Assembly: GCA_030833525.1 (NCBI GenBank)
Contig: JAURGZ010000002.1
Location: 3,927-67,926 of the forward strand
Reading direction: 5' to 3'
From: Bacteroidota bacterium
GTDB lineage: Bacteria; Bacteroidota; Bacteroidia; NS11-12g; UBA955
DNA length: 64,000 bases
Each line of letters starts with the position of its first letter. The stretch's first letter is position 1. Made by a program: the position numbers and the translations under genes. Below, in pieces: positions 28,200 to 38,099 of this stretch. Below the pieces are notes generated by a model that was given only the letters and a program-made list of their open reading frames with translations, was not told where the DNA came from and searched no databases.

Positions 28200-28230
28200 A
28201 TGATGGTTTATTGACCGCTGGGGCCTAATC

Positions 28231-28608
28231 TTAGAAAGGCAAATCGTCGTCAGCAGAGTCGCTGGCTGAAACATCACCCGCCACGGGCGCTTCTGAAGCG
28301 AAAGGATTGGCCATAGGAGCAGGGGCTGATGCAGGAGAAGCCGCACCGGCAGCTTGCACATTCCACGCTTTCACATCGGTGTACCAACGGCCGTTATATT
28401 CTCGGCTTTCCACATCGATGCTCACAGTCAAATCCTGACCCTCTTGAATGGCGAATTTGGCAATTTTATCGCCCCACAAATTGAAGCACACTTTTTTAGG
28501 GTAGGTTCCGGGAACTTCCAAGATGTACTCTTGCTTTTCCCACACTCCGTTTTTCCCTTGCCCCGTTTGCTTGGGCAGTAATTGCACGACTTTACCAGTA
28601 ATTTCCAT
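28231..28608 (-). CDS. DUF3127-family protein (small, OB-fold-like, acidic C-terminal tail)
   Basis: MEITGKVVQLLPKQTG...KQEYILEV...KKVCFNLWGDKI...VESREYNGRWYTDVKAWNV matches my recollection of DUF3127. Ala/Pro/Asp-rich tail. Confidence 0.7.
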   Translation of the reverse strand: MEITGKVVQLLPKQTGQGKNGVWEKQEYILEVPGTYPKKVCFNLWGDKIAKFAIQEGQDLTVSIDVESREYNGRWYTDVKAWNVQAAGAASPASAPAPMANPFASEAPVAGDVSASDSADDDLPF

Positions 28609-28613
28609 GCAAA

Positions 28614-28621
28614 CAAAAGTA
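28614..28621 (-). promoter_or_regulatory. -7 promoter box TACTTTTG, 5 nt upstream of the DUF3127 ATG
   Basis: Minus strand reads TACTTTTGtttgcATG. Confidence 0.35.
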
Positions 28622-28646
28622 GAACAATTGCCCTACTCCCTATTCA

Positions 28647-31184
28647 CTACATACCCACATCGCCTCCACCGTCTTTCAGGTCGTCGACTTGCAATTTGCG
28701 CTTGACCTTGGGAGTGCGGTCCACTTCGATCTCACCAAATCGGTAATCGAAATTCACGCGAACTCCCCACATGTTGGTGCGGCGAATATCAGAATAATAA
28801 AAATCGGCTCCTTGGGTAAGGGTAACAAAATCGCGGCGAGGCGCCAGCGGATTATCCAATCCGAAGCCCAAACCACCTTTGTCACCGGCGAAACGCTTTT
28901 TTGCGCCGACCATGTGAAAGAACCAGTTGGTGGTCTTTCCTTGCAAGGTAAAATTGGGTGCGTTGAAACGACCAAAGGCTTCCAGCTGCCAATTGTTTTT
29001 CAAGTTCACATTCCCTCTCAAGCCAGCACTGTAGGTAAACCCGCTGTTGCTCACACCCGCCAAAGGACCGGTACTGATTCCAGAGTTGAGGTAAACGTAA
29101 CCCAAACCGCCGTTGAAATTCACCATGTATTGATCGCCTTTGAGGTTCAAATTCAAGTCCATGCCGGTAGTATTGCTAATACCCAAATTCTCATAGGTAC
29201 TGAGAAAAACACCCTCACCGGTGACCCGACCAATGGTTTGTATGGCATTGCCTACTGTGCGGTTGTATACACTCAAGCCCCAACCGCCGCCGCGGCCGTA
29301 TTTGCCCAAATTCAATTCCACGTTGTTGCTCACTTCAGCCTCCAATTCGGGATTGCCTTCAGAAACTTTAAGGGGGTCAGAGGTATTGCGATAGGGGTTC
29401 AAGAAATTCAAGCTGGGACGCTGTATGCGCTGGGTGTAGGTCAAGCGAACGAAACCGCCACGACCTACATTTTTAGATAAGTTCAGATAGGGAATGAAAT
29501 TGGCGTAAGGCTTGCCCACAAAACTGCTGTCGCTGGGCTTTTGCATTCCCCCACCAAACTCGGTAAACTCGTATCGACCGCCGGCCCTCAGGCTCAAGGA
29601 TTTGCTGAAGTTGAACAACATTTGCGCATAGCCCCCATACACGTTTTGGTAATAGGTGAAAGCATTGTTGCGGCTCTCCAACGTATGGTAAAAACTGGTG
29701 GCGTAGTCCAAGGTATCGAAATGATAATCAGAAGCTACATCGCGCAATATGGTCTTGGCTCCCACTTCCAAAACCGCTTTTTTACTGAAAGGCTCGGTGT
29801 AGTCCAACTGGGCAGTCCACTCGCGGTTATCGGCCACGTTTGAACTGATTTCCTGGTAGGGGTTGAATGCGAGGCCGTTCAAGCGATTGGCTTCGTAATC
29901 GGCCAGGTCGCGGTTGTTGGACATTTGAAGGCTGACACCCAACTCACGATCGGCTTTGTCAAATTTGCGGCGGTAATCGATGTTGAAATCAGTACCCAAG
30001 CCTATGCTGTTATTTTGGGCTTCTTGAGACCAACTGAAGTCTAAAGGAGCTTCTTTGATTCCTTGAAGGGTATTCCAATCTTGGTTGGTCCAGCGCATGT
30101 GGCTGCGCAGGGTAGAGCTGACACTCAACCCATTTTTTTCATTGAATTGGTGGTCGAAACTCAGGGTCAAACGAGGACCACCGCCCCAATTGTTGTTGCT
30201 TCCTGTTTGCAACATGGCGTAGGAAACCCCATCGATGGAATTGTAGCGCTCGGTGCGGTAATCGCCCCAAGTGCGCCAAAAATGGCCACCCAATTGAGCA
30301 CTGAAATTGGATTTACCGGTTTGGTGAGACACGTTGCCACTCAAATTGGCACTGCGAGTCCCGATACCCGCCCGAAAATTACCGCTGGTACCCTTGAGCC
30401 GAGACTCTTTCATGATGATATTGATGATACCCGCCGTGCCTTCGGCATCGTATTTGGCTGAAGGATTGGTGATGACTTCGACTCGTTCGATTTCGTCGGC
30501 AGGAAGTGCTCGCAAGGCGTCTGCTACGCTACCGGTCATCAAACCGCTGGGGCGGCCGTTGATGAGCACCTTCAAATTGCGACTGCCTCGAATCGAAACG
30601 TTTCCATCCATATCGACTTCTACCATGGGCACCTTGGCCAAAAGCTCTGAAGCACTGCTACCGCGACTCGTTAAATCTTGAGAAGCGTTGTATACCAAAC
30701 GGTCCACTCGATTCTCTACCACTTGACTCTGGGCTATGATTTCAACCCCTTCTATTTGTTCAACAGAATCCATTGGCTCCCAATTTCGGGGCAATGCAAC
30801 CTTGCCCACTCGGGCAAAACGCTGGCTGTCGCTGAGCGTGAAAAATTTGGTGCGGTAAACGGGGTAGTTGACCGCCAAGACACGCACACGGTAAACCCCA
30901 GGAAATTCAACCGAAAAGCGAAAACGACCGCTGCTATCGGTCAACAGACCGTCAACAATCTTCTGTTCGTCGATGCTAATGAGATCAACAGCCACGAACT
31001 CCAATGGAACTTGGGTAGCAGAATCTACAATAGCACCTGCTACCATGTATGCAGGCATATTAGCTGGGAATCCCCCTGGGCGCATTCCATCGGGGCGTTG
31101 ACCACCTTGTTGAGGCTGAGCCTGTGCCATTCCTACGGTTGCACCTAAACAGGCCAACAACATCCAAGTTCTCCAAAAACGCAT
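28647..31184 (-). CDS. TonB-dependent receptor-like outer membrane beta-barrel protein with N-terminal CarbopepD_reg-like domain
   Basis: Signal peptide. CarbopepD_reg-like segment (GAIVDSATQVPLEFVAVDLI). Plug-like region (RLVYNASQDLTSRGSSASELLAKVPMV...IRGSRN...INGRP). About 600 aa of beta-barrel. Confidence 0.7.
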   Translation of the reverse strand: MRFWRTWMLLACLGATVGMAQAQPQQGGQRPDGMRPGGFPANMPAYMVAGAIVDSATQVPLEFVAVDLISIDEQKIVDGLLTDSSGRFRFSVEFPGVYRVRVLAVNYPVYRTKFFTLSDSQRFARVGKVALPRNWEPMDSVEQIEGVEIIAQSQVVENRVDRLVYNASQDLTSRGSSASELLAKVPMVEVDMDGNVSIRGSRNLKVLINGRPSGLMTGSVADALRALPADEIERVEVITNPSAKYDAEGTAGIINIIMKESRLKGTSGNFRAGIGTRSANLSGNVSHQTGKSNFSAQLGGHFWRTWGDYRTERYNSIDGVSYAMLQTGSNNNWGGGPRLTLSFDHQFNEKNGLSVSSTLRSHMRWTNQDWNTLQGIKEAPLDFSWSQEAQNNSIGLGTDFNIDYRRKFDKADRELGVSLQMSNNRDLADYEANRLNGLAFNPYQEISSNVADNREWTAQLDYTEPFSKKAVLEVGAKTILRDVASDYHFDTLDYATSFYHTLESRNNAFTYYQNVYGGYAQMLFNFSKSLSLRAGGRYEFTEFGGGMQKPSDSSFVGKPYANFIPYLNLSKNVGRGGFVRLTYTQRIQRPSLNFLNPYRNTSDPLKVSEGNPELEAEVSNNVELNLGKYGRGGGWGLSVYNRTVGNAIQTIGRVTGEGVFLSTYENLGISNTTGMDLNLNLKGDQYMVNFNGGLGYVYLNSGISTGPLAGVSNSGFTYSAGLRGNVNLKNNWQLEAFGRFNAPNFTLQGKTTNWFFHMVGAKKRFAGDKGGLGFGLDNPLAPRRDFVTLTQGADFYYSDIRRTNMWGVRVNFDYRFGEIEVDRTPKVKRKLQVDDLKDGGGDVGM

Positions 31185-31192
31185 AGCGGGTG

Positions 31193-31200
31193 CAAAAATA
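31193..31200 (-). promoter_or_regulatory. -7 promoter box TATTTTTG, 8 nt upstream of the receptor gene's ATG
   Basis: Minus strand reads TATTTTTGcacccgctATG. Confidence 0.35.
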
Positions 31201-31204
31201 CGTT

Positions 31205-32473
31205 CTATTTTGAACGCATGGCATCAACGGGATTTAAGCGGGCTGCTGAACGAGCCGGCAAAAAGCCCGATAAAATTCCCACGCCAATCGAAACCAAGAG
31301 CCCCAACAGGGCATCAGAAGCATCCAACCCTATCTCCACCGAGTTGCCCAATGATTGGGCTGCGATGGCTTGTATTCCCATCAGAGTAAGCCCTACAAAC
31401 CCTAGTCCCACTGCACCTCCGGCCGTACACAGCCAGATCGCTTCCAGTAAAAATTGTCGACGAATGAAGGAAGATGGAGCCCCCAAAGCCTTCTGAATTC
31501 CAATTTCCTGGGTTCGTTCTTTTACGCTCACAAACAAGATGTTGGCTACGCCAAAGCATCCGACTAACATCGCAAATGCTCCGATGATCACACCCACTTT
31601 TTGTATTTGAGCGAACAATTGAGTGACGGCTTCGGTTATCATGCTCATGCGGTTAACCGCATAACTGGCCTCTTGGGCAGGACGCTCGTGGCGAATTTGA
31701 CGCATGGTCATTTCAACTTCAGTTTGAAGGTCATCTAACGAAACTCCTTCAGCTGCTTTGATCATAATTTGAGCGTCATCGTTGTTTTTGAAACTAGACA
31801 AACCCAAACCCGTTTTGAGCGGAAGCAAGAGGCTGTTGTCTGCCGAATTATTCAAAATACTAGCTCCTTCTTTTTCGAACACCCCTATGATATGAACGAC
31901 TCCATTCAATATGCGAATGGGTTGACCAATGGGATCTTTGTCTCCAAAAAGGGCTTCAGCTACATCTGCCCCTACAACCGCCACAGCCCTGCCGGCGCGG
32001 CTTTCGGCCGGAGAAAAATAACGCCCTTTGCTCAAGTTCACCTTTTGAATTTCGGCGTAAGCGTGGTCGACGCAGCGAATGGAAACACCATCTACCCGGG
32101 ATTCAGCCGTTTGGACCCCTTTGTTCAAGGAAAAAGAATAGGCAATCGCCGAGGCCCGGTTGGCTGGCAATCGATCGCGCAAAAACTGAGCTTCAGTAGG
32201 AGTAACAATGGGTCGAGACAAATATTTCCACCAGGGGTAATTGCCCCCCATTCCATCCCAGGGCCATTTTTGAACAAACAACACTTCGGTCCCATATTGG
32301 CGAAACTGGTTGTTGATGCTGCGCTCCATGGAATGCACTAGGGCATAGACCGCAATGATGCAATAAATACCAATGGTAATGCCCAGGACCGACAGAAAAC
32401 TGCGCAATTTGTTCTGCCGAATGGCCCGAAACGAAAAGCGAAAGGATTCCAGCCAGGAACTGCCCAGGTGCAT
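31205..32473 (-). CDS. ABC transporter permease, FtsX/MacB/LolE family (no cognate ATPase nearby)
   Basis: N-terminal TM, large periplasmic domain and three C-terminal TMs (FtsX-like permease fold). 422 aa. Confidence 0.75.
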   Translation of the reverse strand: MHLGSSWLESFRFSFRAIRQNKLRSFLSVLGITIGIYCIIAVYALVHSMERSINNQFRQYGTEVLFVQKWPWDGMGGNYPWWKYLSRPIVTPTEAQFLRDRLPANRASAIAYSFSLNKGVQTAESRVDGVSIRCVDHAYAEIQKVNLSKGRYFSPAESRAGRAVAVVGADVAEALFGDKDPIGQPIRILNGVVHIIGVFEKEGASILNNSADNSLLLPLKTGLGLSSFKNNDDAQIMIKAAEGVSLDDLQTEVEMTMRQIRHERPAQEASYAVNRMSMITEAVTQLFAQIQKVGVIIGAFAMLVGCFGVANILFVSVKERTQEIGIQKALGAPSSFIRRQFLLEAIWLCTAGGAVGLGFVGLTLMGIQAIAAQSLGNSVEIGLDASDALLGLLVSIGVGILSGFLPARSAARLNPVDAMRSK

Positions 32474-32539
32474 GGCTCAAAGATACAGGCTTATGGGTTC
32501 GCAGCCGCAGCTGTTTGGACCAACGTGCATCCTTGGCGG

Positions 32540-35500
32540 TTAACGGGAGCGAAATGTGTGAAATTCGCGGCGGTAAATCGCGCCGGCCCCTAAGGTATTC
32601 CCACTCACTCCGTTGCCGATGGAGCCTGATCCACTTTGGTCCAGCAACAGATTGCTGCTGCGCGAAAAGGCCTTCAATTTCCAGTCTTCGTTGCGGGTCA
32701 TGTACTCCAAATTGAAGTTGAAAGGAACAGCGAGGTTGTTCACGAGCATGCTCACCGTAGGGTCGTAATTGAGATCCAAGCGAAGGCGATCGCTCAGGAA
32801 CCATTCTGAATTCACAAATACCTGCGTATTGCTGTTGCCCGATGCATTTCGCACATCGTCTATGTTCACTTGAATTCGGGTGGGAACTCCATATTTGGCA
32901 AAGAGGTCATTGACCACGCTAGAGGCAATCGTGGAAACTGAATTTCCCGCCACCCCTGCCCCGCTGAGCATATTGGTCTCCAGTGAATTTCCCGATAGAA
33001 ACGACGGCGGAATGAAATTTCCAAACAGCAACAAGGCTACCGCTTGGCGCATGGTTTCATCTTTATCGCTGCGAATGCGCTGAATGACCGCATTGGCCTC
33101 GTTGGCTGAAGCCGTGGCCGAACTGGCCAAGTCGGGTGCTAAAATATCGAATTCGATGGTGGGCCTAATCAGACTCCCGGAAAGCTTCAATACCGAAACA
33201 ATGCGAGTGGGTGCCACCGCTGAGGCAGAAGGCGTACCTGTTAACAAGGCCACCGGTGAAATCTTTTTCTCGTAGTGACCCACCATTTGTATGTCGGCGT
33301 TGTAGGGATCGCCGGTCCAAACGATGCTTCCACCCGGATCCAGAGTGACACGCTTGGTCAATACGTTGATACCCGGGATGGAAAATACATACTCTCCATC
33401 TTGAAGCTCTAAAGAACCGTACAAGAAAAACTGCTCTTGTTCATCGTAGAGCATGCGTAAGGTCCCTTTTCCATGGCCACGAATGGCATCACCCAACTGT
33501 TTATCGATGACAAATTGAGCATCCAAATCGGGATTGGCATGAACCACCACATTCACTCGATTCAGATAATCGCTGCTGGTTTCACTTGGCTCTTCAGCGG
33601 GCTTCTCGCCTTTGCTTGCAAATCGAATGGCTCCCGATACTTCGTTGTAGTTATCGGTTTCGTACAGAATGGTCAGTTCGCTGTTTTTTCTTGGAGTTAA
33701 ATCGATGTCCATGTCCAAGGCGGTCAAAGGTCCGTGAACCCGAATGCGACCATCGGCCCACGCCGTACCATAAAACAAGTCATTGTCTCGAGCCGTGGTG
33801 TTTAAGACCTTCAAATTTCGAGCACTATCGAGCCTCAGGTCTAAGCGCAGATTATCATAATCCTGATGCTGCAGCTTCAAAGAGCCCCATGCATAATTCA
33901 AGCGAGACTCATCCGTGACCCGAAACGGACGTGCACTTGAAATGCCGCGGTTGTCAATTTCAAAATCAGCCGTTGTGTAATAACGGGTCCCTAAGTAATC
34001 GACCTTGGCCCCCAAATTCTTGGCGCGCACTTGACCCTCAATTTGGGCTTCTCCTTGCAGCGAATAACTGTGCAAAAAGCCACTCAAATAACCCGTTTCC
34101 AGCGTCAGTACACCCTGAAACAAGGGTTGCAAAACCTGGACAGGAGTGGTCTTGGGCAATTCGGCATACAAATCCCAATTGTACTCATCTTGGGCGTAGC
34201 CGCTGATGTCAACTCCCCCATACAACTCTATGCCCTTCAAGGGACCCGATTCAGAATCAACGTTGATCGACAGCATCTCATGTGTCTTGTGTTGCACCAC
34301 TTTCAAACCCAAGTTTCCATAATCGTGTTGATTCCAACGCACATCGTTTACCGATACATCGGCGCTGAGTTTAGCCCTGCCTAGCAAAGCAATTCCCTTG
34401 ATTTTACCCATGGCATGGCCGTCTAAACTATCCAGCACATGTTCAGCCAAAAAAGGCTCCAAGATTTCAGGCGTAAGGTTGTAAAACTCAACCACGGCGG
34501 TGTCGCTGAGCTCAGCCCCTATGCGACCCTTCAATTCAAAATAGTGTTCTCCATCGCTCAGGGCTAAACGCCTGATATCCAAAGCCCCACTGCGCTCGAT
34601 GCGTATGCGAGCCGAGGTATCCATGACCCATTGCTTGTCGTACAAACGCAAATGACTCGAATCGACGCGTGTACTGATGAACTCTGGGGTTACTCGAGTT
34701 CTCAAATGAGCATTGACCGCGTAGCGATTTTTCAAATCGTGAACCCAAGCATGGGTTCTCCAAACCTGGTCCTGGGCGGTCATTTGAAGGCCCCAATCGT
34801 CGTATTCGGTTCTTCCCACCCGCATGTACTTAGACGCCAAACTCAAGGTCCATGATTCGGTTGCACTGCGTTGAGCTTCGACTTGAACCCCTTCCATTTG
34901 AAAGCCTGCCCATTCCAAGTGAATGGCCCCTGTTTTCAAGGCAAATTGATTGCCGGGGCGAACGCTTAAACTCCATTCAAAGGGGTCCATTTGGGCTCCC
35001 GGAAATACAAAATGCTCCAACCAATCAGTTTGAAGAACTGCAAATGAAGCTTCAAAGCTGTCGCTTGGGCTGTGAATGGGGGCGGCAAATCGCTGCGGAA
35101 CCGCATCGTGCAACCAAGCTTGAATCAATGCTTGGCTCTGACTAGGCTGAAAACGCCCGCGAATTTTCCCTTGAATGGCATCACCCTCCAGGTTCCATGC
35201 CAGGGCTCGAGGTCGGCTCAATTTCTGGCGATTCACGTGCAAGGCCGAACCATTGTGCAGCCAATCCAAATTGCGAACCAACACCTGCCCCTCAAAAGCA
35301 TCGATATCAAAGCTCTTGCCTTCGATCTCCAATTGCGTGCTCAAAATCGATGGCAGAGAATCCCAGCCCAAAGCCTGCAAATCGCAGGCCAAGAGATTGG
35401 CACTTAGGCTCCATGTGGGGAGATCCAGCATATCTTCAACCTGCAACCAAGCTTCATGGGTCAAAAAGGGGTCTCGGCATTTCCACTGACCTTTAGCCGA

Positions 35501-37018
35501 AGACTGAGTGAGCGCGAGTTCGAGTTCAATGTCATGTACATCTTTGTTCATGAGCTGAAGGCTTTCCAGGCTGCCTTCTACATCGACCACCATGCGCGGG
35601 CCGGGCACATCTCGAAAGCGCCCCAACAGTTGACCTTGCAACAATCCAAGGCGTGAATCGCCTAGAGCGAATCCGGCGTCGAACGATTGAAGAGAGGCTG
35701 AAAACTCGCTCCATTCGCTGTTCAAATCATAAGCGTACCAACCGTTGAACTGCCCTTTTCCACTGTTGACCGAACCTTGCACATACAGCTCTTGAGCGTC
35801 GAGATCAAAGTTGGCGTCGGCCACCCAAGCCCCCCAAGAGGCCAATTCACCCACCCACGATTCACCGGGGAATAAGGGCTCCAAGTCACTGGGAACCAGC
35901 TTGGAGTCGGCCAATTCGATGCGGTGCACCAAGGAATCTGCATAGGGCAAGCCTCTCAAATAATAGGTACCGTTGAGGTTCGTACCCTGGCCTAGGTTGA
36001 GCGAAAATCCAGGTATCTCCAAATTCCCCAAGGGGCCCTCAAAAGAAGCCAACATCGAAATCTTACCGTTGCGGTGATCAAACCATTCATGGAAATAAGC
36101 CAGATCCTGGGTGCAGATTTCAGCCTCTTCGACATCTCCCATCCAGAGCATGTATTCAAACACGCTATCCAGGGCATATTCGTGGCGATAATCCAAATCC
36201 ATGAGCCACTTCACCTGTGAACAGGGAGTGCGCAATTCAGAATTTCGGAAACGCAAGAACTGGGGCCTTACATTCAAATCGGTTTTGAATTCTTGCACGA
36301 ACAAACCCGAACGTTCTTGAGTACTCAAGCGCTCTATGTGAAATTGTGGGTCGCCTGCCGAGTCAGAAAAACAGGGGCCGGTCAGCAACTTGACGGCCTG
36401 AAAATCCATGTATTCGGGGGCAAACCTGCCCGCCGTCAACCGAGTCGAATAGGCCTCTTCTTGCAACAAACTCAAGCCTGTCTCGCGCAAATCAAAGTAG
36501 CGAAAACGCCCCCCGTCGATGCGAATCTCTTGGATGTACCAGGACCATGCCGGGCCTGAACCACCCGAGGAAACGCTCAAGCGATCCAAAATTTGTTGAT
36601 AGTTATTGCCTTCTGAACCGCTGTGAAAACCCATGCTGAGCTGCAATGCTCGGGCGTTCACCTGCCGAATTCGAATCTGGCGATCCCACCAATTGATGCG
36701 GGATAACGCTACATCCAAACTGGGCAACCACAGCAATGTATCGCCCTGCACATCGGTTACAGAAAGATCTTCCAGGTGAAAATTTCGAAGGAAATCAACC
36801 TGAACCAATCCCACAGACACAGGGGTTTGCAGGTATGCCGAGACCTGCTTCATGACCCAATCGGCCAAGGCATTTTGCACCAAGCGATTTCGGGTGGCTA
36901 CGGCGAAGGCCGAAAGCAAGAACAAGCCCCACAAGAGGGCCGACAGCGCTTTCTTCCTTATTTTTGAATCGCGTAAAGCCAAACCAACCAAAATTAAATC
37001 CCGGCCTGAGGCTTCCAT
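32540..37018 (-). CDS. tamB: Translocation and assembly module protein TamB (AsmA-like, DUF490)
   Basis: About 1490 aa. Single N-terminal TM (ALSALLWGLFLLSAFAVA) then a long beta-rich periplasmic region. tamB-tsaD adjacency is conserved in Bacteroidota. Start taken at ATG 37018 so that the TM helix is included; the ORF track extends to 37138. Confidence 0.75.
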   Translation of the reverse strand: MEASGRDLILVGLALRDSKIRKKALSALLWGLFLLSAFAVATRNRLVQNALADWVMKQVSAYLQTPVSVGLVQVDFLRNFHLEDLSVTDVQGDTLLWLPSLDVALSRINWWDRQIRIRQVNARALQLSMGFHSGSEGNNYQQILDRLSVSSGGSGPAWSWYIQEIRIDGGRFRYFDLRETGLSLLQEEAYSTRLTAGRFAPEYMDFQAVKLLTGPCFSDSAGDPQFHIERLSTQERSGLFVQEFKTDLNVRPQFLRFRNSELRTPCSQVKWLMDLDYRHEYALDSVFEYMLWMGDVEEAEICTQDLAYFHEWFDHRNGKISMLASFEGPLGNLEIPGFSLNLGQGTNLNGTYYLRGLPYADSLVHRIELADSKLVPSDLEPLFPGESWVGELASWGAWVADANFDLDAQELYVQGSVNSGKGQFNGWYAYDLNSEWSEFSASLQSFDAGFALGDSRLGLLQGQLLGRFRDVPGPRMVVDVEGSLESLQLMNKDVHDIELELALTQSSAKGQWKCRDPFLTHEAWLQVEDMLDLPTWSLSANLLACDLQALGWDSLPSILSTQLEIEGKSFDIDAFEGQVLVRNLDWLHNGSALHVNRQKLSRPRALAWNLEGDAIQGKIRGRFQPSQSQALIQAWLHDAVPQRFAAPIHSPSDSFEASFAVLQTDWLEHFVFPGAQMDPFEWSLSVRPGNQFALKTGAIHLEWAGFQMEGVQVEAQRSATESWTLSLASKYMRVGRTEYDDWGLQMTAQDQVWRTHAWVHDLKNRYAVNAHLRTRVTPEFISTRVDSSHLRLYDKQWVMDTSARIRIERSGALDIRRLALSDGEHYFELKGRIGAELSDTAVVEFYNLTPEILEPFLAEHVLDSLDGHAMGKIKGIALLGRAKLSADVSVNDVRWNQHDYGNLGLKVVQHKTHEMLSINVDSESGPLKGIELYGGVDISGYAQDEYNWDLYAELPKTTPVQVLQPLFQGVLTLETGYLSGFLHSYSLQGEAQIEGQVRAKNLGAKVDYLGTRYYTTADFEIDNRGISSARPFRVTDESRLNYAWGSLKLQHQDYDNLRLDLRLDSARNLKVLNTTARDNDLFYGTAWADGRIRVHGPLTALDMDIDLTPRKNSELTILYETDNYNEVSGAIRFASKGEKPAEEPSETSSDYLNRVNVVVHANPDLDAQFVIDKQLGDAIRGHGKGTLRMLYDEQEQFFLYGSLELQDGEYVFSIPGINVLTKRVTLDPGGSIVWTGDPYNADIQMVGHYEKKISPVALLTGTPSASAVAPTRIVSVLKLSGSLIRPTIEFDILAPDLASSATASANEANAVIQRIRSDKDETMRQAVALLLFGNFIPPSFLSGNSLETNMLSGAGVAGNSVSTIASSVVNDLFAKYGVPTRIQVNIDDVRNASGNSNTQVFVNSEWFLSDRLRLDLNYDPTVSMLVNNLAVPFNFNLEYMTRNEDWKLKAFSRSSNLLLDQSGSGSIGNGVSGNTLGAGAIYRREFHTFRSR
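36959..36966 (+). promoter_or_regulatory. -7 promoter box TATTTTTG, about 58 nt upstream of tsaD, lying inside the tamB 5' coding region
   Basis: Matches TAnnTTTG. Orientation and position are consistent with tsaD transcription. Confidence 0.3.
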
Positions 37019-37024
37019 CCACAC

Positions 37025-38023
37025 ATGTACCGCTATTCCACCATATTGGGCATAGAGAGCAGTTGCGACGACACCTCGGCTGCTGTATGGCAAAATGGCA
37101 AAATCCTTGCCAATGAAACGGCGGGGCAGCCGGTGCACGAAGCTTGGGGTGGAGTCGTACCCGAATTGGCTTCACGCGCCCACCAAAGCCACATTCTGCC
37201 GGTCATTCAACACGCCTTAAACCGCGCTGGAATTGGCCTTGAACAACTCGATGCCATAGCCTGTACCCAAGGGCCGGGCTTGATGGGCTCGCTCATGGTA
37301 GGGTGGAATACCGCCAAAGGCCTTGCATTGGCTCTGCAAAAACCCTTGATCGGAGTGCATCATTTGCAGGCGCATGTAGCCGCTTTGCATTTGGAACACG
37401 AGGTAAAATTCCCCTTGTTAACCCTGCTGGTCAGCGGTGGGCACACCCAATTGTTGTGGATACCCGAACCCGGTCGCATGCAGATAGTCGGCGAAAGCCA
37501 AGACGATGCAGCTGGTGAAGCTTTTGACAAGGCTGCCAAGCTCCTGAATTTGGGTTACCCAGGCGGGCCTCACATCGATCGATTGGCCTCTGGGGGCGAC
37601 CCCAAAGCCTTTAGCTTTCCAGACAGCCAAACGCCCGACTTGGGATTTAGCTTCTCAGGCATCAAGACCAGTTTGTTGTATTTCTTGCGAGAAGCCCAAA
37701 AGGAGAATCCCCAATTCGCCCAAGATCGACTGGCCGACATTTGCGCCTCTTACCAGGGGCAGGTGGTGAGCAGCCTGCTAAAGCGGGTTAAAAAAGCCAT
37801 TCAGCTGTACCAACCGGCCTCTATGGGTTTGGTGGGCGGTGTTTCAGCCAATTCTGAGCTGCGCAGGCGCTTCACCGAATTGGGGATTTCCAAACAAATT
37901 CAAGTCTGCATTCCTTCCTTCACCTATTGCACCGACAATGCCGCCATGATTGCCCAGGCAGGATCCATGCAATTGGAACAGGGAGAAAGCACCCCCTTGT
38001 CTGCCCTGCCATTCGCTCGTTGA
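37025..38023 (+). CDS. tsaD: tRNA N6-adenosine threonylcarbamoyltransferase
   Basis: ILGIESSCDDTSAAV N-terminus, HLQAHV/GHxxLL motifs and GG-SANS C-terminal motif of Kae1/TsaD. 332 aa. Confidence 0.9.
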   Translation: MYRYSTILGIESSCDDTSAAVWQNGKILANETAGQPVHEAWGGVVPELASRAHQSHILPVIQHALNRAGIGLEQLDAIACTQGPGLMGSLMVGWNTAKGLALALQKPLIGVHHLQAHVAALHLEHEVKFPLLTLLVSGGHTQLLWIPEPGRMQIVGESQDDAAGEAFDKAAKLLNLGYPGGPHIDRLASGGDPKAFSFPDSQTPDLGFSFSGIKTSLLYFLREAQKENPQFAQDRLADICASYQGQVVSSLLKRVKKAIQLYQPASMGLVGGVSANSELRRRFTELGISKQIQVCIPSFTYCTDNAAMIAQAGSMQLEQGESTPLSALPFAR

Positions 38024-38099
38024 TGGAGCGTATGCATATCGCCATCGGGCGCAAGTGCTTGTACTCCATTCGCTCTAGATTTGGCTATCTTCGTGGGCC

